The notes under the pieces: generated by a model
What the model was told of the DNA's origin: nothing
The model's database searches: none
The model's input: the letters and a program-made list of their open reading frames with translations, nothing else
Made by a program: the position numbers and the translations under genes
Assembly (NCBI RefSeq): GCF_004010195.1
Contig: NC_057757.1
Span: forward strand, 1,717,907 to 1,781,906
Reading direction: 5' to 3'
DNA length: 64,000 nucleotides
Origin: Chiloscyllium plagiosum
Lineage: Eukaryota
In this document: piece after piece, positions 50,506 to 63,221 of the stretch
Layout of the letters: each line of letters opens with the position of its first letter
Numbering within the stretch: the stretch's first letter is position 1

Positions 50506-52928
50506 GTGCGTGCTTGGTGACAATGGGTTGGTTGTTGATAAATCACCACAAGTTACCTTTAATTCAGCTGCTTATTTAGAAATCTCAGACATATCAAGTA
50601 CTGAAATAATGATTTAAACTTAATTGCATCTAGCAACCAAAATAAGACTAAGTAAGCAAATTAAACCTCACAACCCAACTTGGCTATTACCTAATTAATT
50701 ATGGAATTTGGCCAGGATTTCCCCACAGGGTTCAATCCTTATCTAAAGTTGTCCTCCAGAGTTTTGCTAAAGGTGGAGTTCGGGTGTTTGATTCTTATAC
50801 AATTTTCTCTCTTTCAAGTTTATGCTGTGACATTATCATTGATTCGATAGATTCTTTCATCCCCAATATTGATTGCTTTCCTTGAGATCTCAAGTCTGTA
50901 GTTTACCTTCCTATCAGAAGTAGTTCCCCTGTTCTTTGTTCCTTTGCCTTAACTGTCTGATCAAAGACATAGTTTTTTCTGTGATTAACTCCTTAAATTC
51001 TTCTGCAGGGCAGTCCTTGTCCTTTATGGCAGTAAAGCATCCAGTTTATCAAGCAGGTGTCAAAGCAGATTTGTTTTTGGAATCTCACCAAAACGTGGCT
51101 AATTGCTTTCAGTCTCTGTGTAACAGCTTGTATTTGTCGCATTCATCTTGAGAAAGTTTATTGCAGAAAGAGTTATTGCTTATTCTTTCAGTGCATGAAC
51201 AGTTATTCAAGTTCTGAAGTGTACAATATCATAGAGTATTTAAGCATCCGATGGGTGCTGGGAGCTGTAAGACAATTTGAACTGCTTTGCAGGCAGAAGC
51301 AGTTTTTTATTAACAAGCTTCTCTAGAACTCCTTGATTTTCTGATTAAACGGTTTAGTGCAGCATTTCACAGTTTAAAACGAAAATGGGAATGATGTTTG
51401 CGTATAAACTTTGCCAATTTCAAAAATATACTTGACATTAAGTTGTTTTTAAAAATCAGATTAAAAACAGAAACTTGCCTTCATATTATAGGATTGTGTC
51501 GCACAGAAAGGAGCCAATTGCCCCATCTTACTGTGGCTTGTATGAACCACTTAGCTACTCACTGTCTGTATTTATAAAAATGTCCTATATGTCGTTTTTT
51601 AAATTTGCCCTGTCGCCTTCAAAACTGACGTACTGGATATCTCGGATCCCTCTGTCCGTGCATAATTTAAAATTTGTTACATAGTACAAAGTTCCAAGGT
51701 GCTTTCGCGAAAGCAAAGAAACAGATGCCAAGACCATTACAAGGAGAGGCTTAATGGGGTGAATTGGAAGGCTTTCAAGAAGGACTTATAGTGTGCTGTT
51801 AAAAGTGGATGAGTGCTTCGAGGAAATACAAGACTGCAATGATTTTGTTAGATTCATGATCACAGTTTTCTGTTAAAGGCAATTGACAATTTGCAGCAGT
51901 TTTCTGTTGATTTACTGAGAAGCAGCAGTTTAGATATGGTCCATTAGTTAATTAGTCAAAGAAAGGAAATATACGACCTATGACAGATGAGAATGTATCA
52001 CAGATCCCGAATCCATTATGTAAAATGGAGGAGGAGAGGCAGCACACTCCCATGTGTCAGATATCTTAATAGTCTTTGGCAACAGCTTCTTTATTCTCCC
52101 CTTGAGCTAACAAAAGGGAATTTCTGATCTTCCCTCAAAAGAATGGAGGCTCGTCCCCCAGTTTGTACCTCTCTGTCCCCACCTATGCCTATTGGTATGC
52201 ATTATTTTGGGGCCTGGCTATCTCTGCTGTGTCAGTCATCTGTCTAGATCCTCTCAGCCAGTGACCGTGGGCAGCTACCCATCAACAACTATGCTGTGGT
52301 CTCATTGCCCACCTCCATTTGAATATTAGCTTCCATTCCTTCTCAGTAATAGGATAGTGTGGCACCGGCTAAATCTTTTATTAATGCTTATGGAAAGCCA
52401 GCTACTAATGTGGCACAGTTTACTGATGTTTCATGCTGCACAAGTATAGAATACCGATTCAACGCAGTTTCAAAGGGATTCCAGATTCCAACAGTTGTAA
52501 GGTCAGTGGTGGGATGAACTGGAAGAAATGCACATGTGGCCACGACTGAAAAACCTTTGGAGTGCTGACAAAGATAGAAATGTAGAGGAGATTGCAAAAC
52601 CAGACTGCAATAACGTGGGAAAGGATTTAAGGCCATGAATTAAATTATTTTTAAATTCAAAGTGTTGAGAAATGAGGAATCATTGTAGATTATCAGGCAT
52701 GAGTGATTTGATCATGGACAATGGTGTTTTGGACAAGTTGCTACTTGTGATTCAGAAAAATAATTTATTTCTAACTGCTTGGGGGCTTCAATTTTGACTT
52801 TTAATTATCCTCTGGATAATTAAGAATGGACAATAAATGCTGGCTTAGCAAGTAATGCCCTCACCCCAGAATGAATTTTAAAAACTCTCTGCAAATCTTT
52901 CGATTTTGCTAGTCAGAAAATATTAATG

Positions 52929-53397
52929 TTTGTAAGAAGATTTGTAGCTCGGGTGCTCGTTGCTGTGGTTCTGTTCGCCGAGCTGGAAGTTTTTGTTGCA
53001 AACGTTTCATCCACAAACTCCATCAACAAACACATAGACCTGGACCCAATATACCGGCCACTACAGCGGACAGCTGAAACTGACAACCGGAAGCGGCAGG
53101 GACAGGCCACTATAAATGCCGGAGGAAACACCACAGAAGCGCTTCACAGGAGGCTCCCAAGAACTGACTCATCCACAAACTCCATCAACAAACACATAGA
53201 CCTGGACCCAATATACCAGCCACTACAGCGGACAGCTGAAACTGACAACCGGAAGCGGCAGGGACAGGCCACTATAAATGCTGGAGGAAACACCACAGAA
53301 GCGCTTCACAGGAGGCTCCCAAGCACTGAGAATGTCACCTAGACAGGAGACGAAACGTTTGCAACAAAAACTTCCAGCTCAGCGAACAGAACCACAG
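52929..53397 (+). mobile_element. Short Penelope-like element with inverted termini and a 162-bp tandem duplication
   Basis: ~48-bp inverted arms (52961-53008 / 53352-53399). Duplicated unit encodes SSTNSINKHIDLDPIY (PLE ORF C-terminus-like). TSD CAGAAAA(T/C)ATTAATG (52914-52928 / 53398-53412). Confidence 0.8.
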
Positions 53398-54289
53398 CAG
53401 AAAACATTAATGCAAAATGTACTTAGCACAACACTCAGCAGAACTTTCTCCCATTAATTTCACCCAAAGCTGATTTTGTGGCAAACAACAGTTTCCATGT
53501 AACATTCATTTCCTCTCTTGTGCAGAATGGAAGCAATAAGAGGTTAGGTTTGCATTTCATATGTAATAATTAGGTAAACTTAAACTTCGTACAGGCTGAT
53601 ATTACACTGGCAAAATCTAGCGAACTGCAGTGATAGAGTCCTGCTAAATATAAATAACCAGATTTGCAGAGATTTTTTTTTAATTCATTCAGGGGTGAGG
53701 GCATTACTTGCTAAGCCAGCATTTATTGCCCATTCTTAATTGCCCAGAGGATAATTAAAAGTCACCCACATTACTGTGAGTCAGGAGTCATATATAGGCT
53801 GGACCAGGTAAACGCCATGTTATAATTTGTGTAAAGGTCAGACGTTGTGAGTTCAAGCACAACTATAAGATATGAAGACATGTCCCATCGACTGATATTT
53901 CATTGCAGGACTGAGATGGTGTTTCTTTCTACAAGTTGCCATCTTTCATGTGAGAAGTCAAAGTAAGGCCTTTTTTTAAAATTCATTAAATGTAAACAGT
54001 GCTGTGATAGTATATGACGATGACCAAAAGTTTTTCCAATTTGCTGGGCAATGATTATTCTCGAGCAATACCACTAAAACAAATTAAGTGGCCAATGCCC
54101 CACTGCTACCTTTGAGATCGTTCTTTGTCCAAATTGTCTGCCTTGTATAGTGATTACACTTCAGAAAATACTTCATCGACTGTAAAGCATTTTGGGATTT
54201 GAGATCATGAAGAAAAGCTTTTGTTTACGTCTGTTCAGAAATGTAACTGTTGTGTGAAAAATGTTCCTATTTAACTTATTCATTGGCAG

Positions 54290-54426
54290 GAAGATATAAT
54301 TTCGGTGTGGAACAAGACAGCCAGTGATCAAGCAACTACTGCTCGGATACGTGACACTTTGCGCCGTGTGTTGAATCTACCACCTAGCACTATTATGGAG
54401 TACAAGACGCATACAGACAGTATCAA
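54290..54426 (+). CDS. eif4e2rs1: eIF4E2-family exon 6
   Basis: AG|EDIISVWNKTASDQATTARIRDTLRRVLNLPPSTIMEYKTHTDSI(K)|GTAAGA; 137 nt. Confidence 0.97.
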
Positions 54427-55331
54427 GTAAGATTGGCTCAATATGGATTTTTACTGAGAATTGAATGGTAGTTAACTTATTAATAGCTTCCCTGCAGCCC
54501 TGAGTAACCTCAAAGCCCAGATGCTGGATGTTGTTAAGTAGAGAGGCCTCTGATATCATTCCTAGTTTGCACTAAGTTAAGCTGATACCATCCAGAATGC
54601 TTCAGTGCTGTTGAGGTATGCAAAATGGAATGTACTTGAAGGTTTCTACCCCTTAATATACTCTGTATAATTTCTGACTGACCTCTAAGATTTTCAGGTT
54701 TGAAACCACTGTTGCCTAATAACGACAATTGACCAATTGGAATGAATTTCAGAACGTTTTATTTTCTAAGATGCAACAGTTTAGATATGGTGTACTAAAT
54801 AGAAAAGCCATAACAGATTGAAGTTGAGGAGGCAACATTCTGATCTTCAGCTGAAGGGCTCCTTGGGACTTCTTCTTCCTCACCTAGTCCATCTTCCATC
54901 TGAAAGTGGCAGCTGACTGACAGCGAGTGCCCCCAGCTCTGTGCACTTATTAATGTTTCTAGGGTCTTGCAATCTATGCCATGTCAATCACCCATTTTGA
55001 ATCCTTCTAGCCAAAATAGATGGGACAGCTATGCACAACATCAGAATGACCATTGCCCCCTTGCCCACCCCCTCACCTTAAGATTAGTTTTCATTCGTCT
55101 TGGAAACAAAACTGTCATTTTCATAAAGATTGCATTAACAGTTGGGTATATACGGTGCCAGATGGTTCATTGACTTCGGGTCCATGGAACATCGTAGCTA
55201 TGGTGATCCTGGTGGCTTTCTGTTACCTTCTCATCGTCCTCGATTTTTGGAGTTTGTTTATATTTGGACAAAGGACATAATTCAGTGTCAGTATTTTTAT
55301 AAAATCTAATGTTATTCAGTTTGTGGTGGTT

Positions 55332-55402
55332 GCATTGGTGGTTCATTGGTAGAAGTCTCACCTGCCACACGGGAGGCCTGGGTTTGATTTCCAGCCAATG
55401 CG
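55332..55402 (+). pseudogene. tRNA-Gly(GCC) decayed copy / pseudogene in intron 6
   Basis: 71 nt collinear with vertebrate tRNA-Gly-GCC (GCATTGGTGGTTCA...CTGCCAC...GCCAATGC), with about 9 substitutions, several at CpG sites. T-loop/B box GTTCGA has become GTTTGA. Confidence 0.85.
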
Positions 55403-55529
55403 TGACACTCCTTTCCTTCCTTTCTTAGCCACAATAGTGCAGTGGTGGTGTTCCTACCTCTGAGCCGGGGAATCCTGGGTTCAAGTCCCACTTGCAATGA
55501 CATCTCTAAACAGGCTGATTAGGAAATAG

Positions 55530-57990
55530 TTCAGATATGAAAATAGCTGGGTTGTTGTAGTGGGTGATTTTAACTTCCCCCATATTGACTGTGCCTTCCT
55601 TAGTGCTAGAGGTTTGGATAGGGAGCAATTTGTTAGGTCTGTCAAGGAACGTTTTTTTGAAACAGTATGTGGGTAGTCCAATGAGGAAGGGTGCCAGACT
55701 GAACCAGTTGGGTTCTTTTGGTAACTATTGGGAAATGAGCCCAGCCCAAGCGATCAAAGTTTCAGTAGGGAGGCACTTTGGGGCATAATTCCATAAGTTT
55801 TCGTATACTTATGGATAAGGACGAAAATGAACCTCGGATGAAGGTGTTAAGTTGAGGGAAGGCCAATTATAACTGAATTAGGCAAGAATTGGAGATTGTG
55901 GATTGGGAGTGGCTGTTTGACAGTAAATCCACATCTGAAATGTTGGAGTCTTTTGAAGACCTGTTGATTTAGAGTGCAGGACAAGTATGTTCCTTTGAAA
56001 ATGAAGGTCAGGAATGGCAGGCTTCGGAAACCTTGGATGACTGGGGAAATTATCAGCTTAGTCAAAACTAAAGGAAGCATACTTACGGTTTACGAAATGA
56101 AGAACAGACAAAGATCTTACAAAATATAGAGAAAGTGGGAAGGAGCTCAAATGGAGAGTTAGGAGGGCTAAAAGGGGCTATGAAATGCCCCTGGTCAATA
56201 CGGTTAAGGAGAATCCCAAGGCATTATATACATATATTAGGAGCAAGAGGATAGTTAGGAAAAGAGTAGACCCACTCAAGAATAAAGGAGGGAGGTTATG
56301 TGTGGAGCCAAAGGAAATGGGTGAAATCTTTAATGAACACTTTACATTGGTATTCACCACAGAGAGGAACGTGACGGATGTTCAGGTTAGGGAAAAGTGT
56401 ATGAATACTCTTGTGCAGGTCAACACAATGAAGGAGGACATGTTGGGTATTTTGAAATATATTAAAGAGATCCATCCCAGAGTACTGTGGGAGGCAAGAG
56501 AGGAAATAGCTGGGATTTTAACAGATATCTTTGTATCAGCTTGGCCTCAGGCGAGGTTCCATCGGACTGGAGAATGGCCAATGTTGTTCCTGTATTTAAG
56601 GGGGGAACATATTGTCCAGAAAATTACAGGCTGGTGAGTCTGACGTCAGTGGTCGGGAAAATATAGGAGAAGATACTGAGAGACAGGATTTATTCACATT
56701 TGGAAACAAATGGATTTGTTAGTCATGGGCAGGATAGGTTTGTGCAGGGAAGGTCATGTCTCACCAATTTGTTTGAGATTTTTAAGGAGGTGACAAGAAT
56801 GATTGATGAGGGAAGTGGATGTTGTCGATGTGGACTTTAGTAAACATTTGGTAAGGTACTTCTTGATAGCCTGGTAGAAAATGTAGAGTCTCATAAAATC
56901 TGGGGTGAGCTGGCTAGATGGATGTAAAACTGGTTTTGCCAAAGAAGACAAAGAGTGGTGGTGGAAGGGTGCTTTGTGGAATGGAGATCAGTAACTAGTG
57001 GTGTTCCCCAGGGATCAGTGCTGGGACCTTTATTATTTGTAATATATAAATGATCTGGAGGAATATGTAGGTGGTCTGACGAGTAAGTTTGCAGCTGACA
57101 CCAAAATTGGTGCCGTTGCAGATAGTGTGGAGGATTGTCAAAGGTTACAGTCTGATATGGATAGGTTGCAGATTTGGGCAGAGAAATGGCAGATGGAGTT
57201 TAATCCTGACAAATGCAAGGTGATGCATTTTGGAAGATCAAATTCAGGTGCAAATTTTACAATAAATGTTAGTACCCTTATGAGCATTGCCATTTAGAGG
57301 AATCTGTTCATACAGGTCCACATATCCCTGAAAGTGGCAACACAAGTGGATAAGATGGTCAAGAAGGCATACGGCATGCTTGCCTTCATTGGCCAGGGAT
57401 CAAGTATAAAAGTTGGCAAGTTATGTTACAGCTGTATAAAACTTTCATTAGGCCACATTTGGAATATTGCATGTAATTCTGGTTACCATAGTACAGAGGG
57501 ATGTGGATGCTTTGGAGAGGGTGCAGAGGTTTACCAAAATGTTGCTGGTCTGAAGGGTTTTAGTTATGAGAAGAGGCTGGGAAAACTTAGATTGTTTTCA
57601 CTGGAAGGACGGAGGCTGAGGGAGCGACCTGATAAATGTCTACAAAATTATGAGGGGCTTAGATAGGATGGACAGTCAGAAGCTTTTTCCCAGAATAGAA
57701 AGGTCAGCTATGAAAGGGCACAGGTTCCAGGTGAAAGGGGAAAATTTTAGGGAAGATGTGTAGGAAAACCTTTTCACACAGAGGTTGTTGGATGCCTGGA
57801 GTGCACTGCTGGTGGAGGCACATTCATAATGTTTAATATGTATCTTGATAGACACATGAATGGGAAGTGAATAGAGGGATAGAAATCATGAAAAGGCGTA
57901 AATATCAGGTCTAAAGGGATTAGGAATCATTGCAGACTTGGTGAGCCGAAGGCCTGTTCCTGTTCTGTATTGTATTGTATATTGTATTGT
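55530..57990 (+). mobile_element. CR1 LINE, 5'-truncated (EN C-terminus, RT, 3' tail)
   Basis: VVVVGDFNFP, KENPKALYTYIRSK, GVPQGSVLGP and KFAADTKIG motifs; (TGTAT)n tail. Confidence 0.9.
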
Positions 57991-58601
57991 AGAACATACT
58001 TGAAAAATTATCAAACTTTTGGTTTTAAATGGGATATTAATTTCTGTCAGATCTTCCCTCAAATCAGAAGCTCGATGGACTGAATTTTATCTTGAAACAA
58101 TGTTTTGTAATATACAACTTTGAACATAGTTAAGTAATTAACAAGGGAATATAACAAGTTCACATTGCACTTCTAAAACAGAAATCAAATGGATTAAGGA
58201 TCTAGACTATTTTAGATTATTGCTAACCTGATTCTGAATCTATTATTTAAGTTACTGCTTGTCACCAGCATCAGCTCTTTGTAATCTGCTAATGGCTCCC
58301 AGTTCTCCTTTAATGAACTCTAATTGCTTATGAGTGCCTAGTGCTGTGTGATCAGTGTTCTGTACTCACCTGCTGCTCAGCAGATATTCTTTCCAGGTGC
58401 TTGATGGAAATATGAATGAATCTTAGTAAATAATAGCTATTGCTGTTAATGCTTTCTAAACAATCATTTACAGTTCACCTGGTATTACCTGAGTGATTTT
58501 TCCAATCACAACCAATGTAATTAGTCACATGATAGGTCACTGAATCCTTTCATTGTCTTCCTCGACTCTGCCTTAAACTACTGTTCCCTCTGTCATTTCA
58601 G

Positions 58602-58641
58602 GGACAACTCCAGCTTTCGGAACACGAAGATTGCAGTGTAA
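58602..58641 (+). CDS. eif4e2rs1: eIF4E2-family last coding exon 7
   Basis: TTTCAG|G GAC AAC TCC AGC TTT CGG AAC ACG AAG ATT GCA GTG TAA = DNSSFRNTKIAV*. The joined CDS is 705 nt, 234 aa. Confidence 0.95.
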
Positions 58642-59337
58642 TACAGAATTCCACAGTGCACGACTCCTCAGTTTGGCATAACATTTGAACTACAGCAGTG
58701 GAGTGTCAAAAGGCATTGAAAAACAGACTGGTGTTAGACACCTTGTCACTATGAATTTATATTGTTGCCTGTTGGGCAATTGCAAGTACAAATGATAAAC
58801 ATTTTACTTCTGTGCAGATCCTTTCCCTCTGTGGAGGGCAACGGTTTATTGTGAAATCTTTAGTGGGTTTCTTGTCAGCTGTATAAGAGTGGGAGGACAC
58901 GTCCTGAGACTGGCTGTTGTTGCAGGACTTTGACTGTCATTACCCATTCTCTACCTCCATTGGTAGATCCTGACTAAACTTATCACCTTGAGATCTGATT
59001 AGCTTTTTCAGCTTAATCCTTCAATTGCTGGGCCTTTAAATTTTCAGTTTCAGTGAAGAAACAGAGATTGGAATGCATATCATCTTTTAGAAATATATTT
59101 TGTAAAGTGAATATTGAAATTATGCAATGTTGGTATTTTTGTGAAGGGACTTAACATGTTAGTATTAAATTTCTTAACCTTGGAAATCTGCTTACCCATT
59201 TAAGATAAATAGTTTACCACTTAATTTAAATACTGAACAAAAGTTAGGTATTACAGAGTTAAGCCTGTGTTTCCATAAAATAATTTCAGTGCTGCTGTTC
59301 CCCCCACCCAAAAATTGCATAATTATTGTATTGCTAC

Positions 59338-59343
59338 AATAAA
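59338..59343 (+). terminator. Candidate polyadenylation signal of the eIF4E2-family gene
   Basis: AATAAA about 700 nt after the stop, followed by a U/GU-rich stretch; the intervening sequence shows no recognisable repeats (3' UTR-like). Confidence 0.6.
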
Positions 59344-62300
59344 AGAAAGTGACGTTTTCCCCAGGTTAACTTATTTTCTGTGTCATTATACTTCAGTGAC
59401 TTTTACTGAAGATTCAATCTCAATCTACTTCACAGCCGATCTCACGAGCATTCCAATTTATACCACAGAGTCAAGGGCCTAAACTCTAGATTTTTAATTT
59501 TCCATCTTGTCTAAATGCCAATTGGAGACCAGCTAGCTCCATAACATCCCCTTGCTACCTTTACCTGGGAGATGAGGTCAAGATAAGGACTGCTATTAGG
59601 AGCAATCAGTAATGGAAAAAAGACCATTCTGGATCATAGCTCCAGTGACATGGATAAAATCCAAAGGCACAGGACACTGAGAACCATGTGAAAGTGATTT
59701 GGGCCAGAAGTGATGCCTAGGCCATTCTATTAGAGTTTGGTGCACATTGACCTCCATCCTTAACTTCCTCCAATCCATTGTTTGCTCCTTTGCATCAATT
59801 ATTTTGTTTGATGGTGGTAGAACTGGCATTTATTCCTAATCCATTAATGCCCTGAAAAGCTTTTTGTGGACTCATTGAACTGCTGTCAGACGTGTTCCGC
59901 TGTTGCTCCAAGTCAAAATATTGTGTGACTTGAAAGGAAATTTGAAGCCGATAATGTTCCCTTTTCGTTGCTAATTTTATCCTTCTACGGAAAGGAAGTG
60001 CTGTCAATGTAACATTGTTCTGAGGAAGGGTCACTCAACCTGAAACGTTAACTCTGATTCTCTCCACAGATGTGGCCAGACCTGCTGAGCTTTCCAACAA
60101 CTTCTGTTTTTTTTGGTAGATTAGAACAGTGGAGACATGACAACACAAAAGGAGGCAATTTGGAATGTGACATCCATGCCAACTCTTTATCAAGTAATCC
60201 GGGCAGTCTCATTCCCCTGCCTTTAACCTTATAGCCTTGCAAGTTTTCTCCACCTTAACTGCCTTTTAACATGACTCACTGTGGTAATGCACTGGAAGTC
60301 AAGCCACACTATTCCTGAAATCATGGTAAATATAAAAATTTGACCATCGAATTACCCAATTCTATCTAACTGTCTTATCTCAGGTTAAAAATATATGCAC
60401 AGCAGGATTTTTTTTTCCGAGAGTAAGTAAATAACAATTTATTGCAAATAAATTGCCTTTAACCAATGGCAAAAAGAAATCTGAACTGCTGACTTATGAT
60501 TCTATAACTTGAACTGTACCCCATACACAGAAACAAGATGTGAATATAATGAATAGTTAAAAACAAAAAATTGTAAACAGAGTCCTTGCACTGGTTTGGA
60601 CCACAGGCGTCTAAATTGTTTTCTTTCTGTTCCTTTTGATTTCTTCTGACTCTTTTTGTTAATGCCGAAAGGTTATGGTTATACCTGTTCTTAGTCTTCA
60701 TTCAGTGGTTGTGGATTTGCCTTTTCAGTGAGTCTGAAGGTGATTTCTTTCCCCCTTTCTCTTTTACTAGGATTTGCAAAGCGAGTGGTTAACAAAGGAA
60801 ATATGAGGGAGATACCTAACTTTAAGGGATTTTTCTTCTGTTTTTCCAATCAGAGGAGGGGGATAAAGAAAGAGGGATGCTTTCTGTTCGCTAGCTAAAT
60901 GTTTCTGCTGTATTGTCTATACATAAGGCTGTAGCCACCTGCCCAAGAACCAATCAAGAAGTTGTTACAATGCTGAGCTCTCCTGATAACTGGTACCAAT
61001 TGAAAAGCAAATCAAAAGACTGTCTCTGAGCTGAATTGCCTTGAACACACAGTTGGTGCAATTTGTTTAAACTTCTCCCTCACTGATTCATTACGGCAGC
61101 ATTGCATAGACAACTCATAACATGGTCCTTGTTATTTGTTTCTTAAGCTGCATGCATCTTCTTACACAATTTCCTCATTTTAAAGGCAGCATTCTTTTTC
61201 CCTATTCAGTCCAGAGTCTAAACAAAAAAGTGTTTGTTACCCAATTTCCTTTTGAAAGCATTGATCACTTCCATCAGCCTCATAGGCAGTGATTCTGCAT
61301 TTAAAGGAAGTTCTTCCTTGCATTCTTCCTTCCTGCATTCTTTGCCCAAAACCTTAAATCTCTGTCCGTAAATCCTTGTGCAACCAATAAATAAGAGTAG
61401 CATTTCTTTGTCTTCCTTGCTTAGATCTGTCATAACTTTGTGCACTTCGATCAGATTTGCCCTCAGCCTCCTTTAAAGCAAGGAGGATTACCCTGTTTCT
61501 CCAAGCTAACCTAACAGTTAAATTCCCCTTTTCCTTGGATCAGTTCTGGTAAATTTTCTCTGCAACCTCTCATGGATCGTCACATTATTTCTAAAGTGTT
61601 ATTGATCAGAACCGGATGCAACACAGGTCGTCATCCAATGAGATCTTCATAAATGTACAGATTATGAGACAAAGGCCAGCCTTGCTCCAGTACTCAATAA
61701 GTTCATGACTGATCTCTTTATGATCCAATAACCTTTGATTATCTTCATAATCAGAATCTATCTACCTTTTTATCTACTTTTTAATAGCATTATAAAGGAT
61801 TTAGATTGTATATGTTCTTGTACGTACAACAGACTGCACCAATAATAGAAGAGATGCTCTTGTATTGTGTGTACCAATCTAGCAAAATGCTAAATCCCAC
61901 ATGGTATTGATCTTTTATGTTACTGTAGCTGCACCATCCATGTAAATAGTGAGTTACGCACCTGATTCAGGGGAATAAGCTTATTATCCAGAAAGCCCTG
62001 TATAACTGTGTTGAGAGTACTGATATGGCTCAACAGAAACCTCTGATTAGTGTTGACCACTAAAATGGCAACACTGAGGATTTTGTCAGTTAAGTAGCGC
62101 ATTTTGAGATTGAGAGCATTTAATGAGGCCTATGTAACCCAGTGTCACCTACCATTTATTAGCTCAAACCTGGGCATGAAGTAGCTCTTGCTGGCATGGG
62201 CTGCTTCATTATGGAAGGGTTTATGATTGGATCTGAACATTGAAGTTATCAGTAAACATGCCCCATTTCTGGCCTTACTTGTTTTATGGCCAAGGGAAGG

Positions 62301-62446
62301 TAATTGATGATGCAGTTCAAGATGGTTGAGCTGGAGACCTCTTGCAGTGATGTTTTAAGATTTTGATGATGTCCCCCAACAGCCACACTATTTTTTTTTG
62401 TGCCAGATATGTCTCCAGGAACGTTTTTCATTTGACCTCTTATCAG

Positions 62447-62716
62447 CTATTACAAGGGGGCATAGCTTTAAATTAAGGGGGGGTAGGTATAGGACAGATG
62501 TTAGGGGTAGGTTCTTTACTCAGCGAGTCGTGAGTTCATGGAATGCCCTGCCAGTAGCAGTGGTGGACTCTCCCTCATTATGGGCATTTAAGCGGGCATT
62601 GGATAGGCATATGGAGGATAGTGGGCTAGTGTAGGTTAGGTGGGCTTGGATCGGCGCAACATCGAGGGCCGAAGGGCCTGTACTGCGCTGTATTCTTCTA
62701 TGTTCTATGTTCTATG
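62447..62716 (+). mobile_element. CR1 LINE 3' end
   Basis: TRGHSFKLRGGRYRTDVRGRFFTQRVVSSWNALP and a (TTCTATG)n tail. Confidence 0.9.
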
Positions 62717-63221
62717 TATCGGACAGCAGTTCTATCCTGCCTCCCTCCAGTTGCTTGTTTTGATTGTCTATTAGAAATTTAGTTTTGTTTTAGTGCATAG
62801 ACAATGGAACGTGTTTGTATTAATAATATATTTGAAATACAACAAAAGAAAAATTTCACAGCTTACCAAAGGTCAAATGAACCAAAGTACTCACATAAGA
62901 TGTAACCGTAGAAAAATAGCTTGTGGTAGCCAATAAAGTTCTATCTTCCATTTTCTTCAGATTTGTAATTATGACCTTCCTAAATTTATACTCTTTCTGG
63001 CTTAAACTAATCTATAGGCTTTCATGTCGATAATTTTCTCTTTCTATTTGTCTGTATTCTGGCATCTTATGATTTAAAACTTTCGCAGAAAAGCATCAAT
63101 GTTAAGAGCTAACAAGGCATACAAGGAACCGTCTTACCTAGTGTCTTTTATTAAGTTATTGGAATCTCTAGTTAATGCCAGAGAAATGAGCCTTTGGAGA
63201 AATTTGAACTAGTTAGCAGAA

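Noticed and set aside
52926..53342. Secreted 138-aa protein gene
   Set aside because: Lies wholly within a TSD-flanked PLE-derived insertion; the hydrophobic N-terminus comes from the inverted arm.
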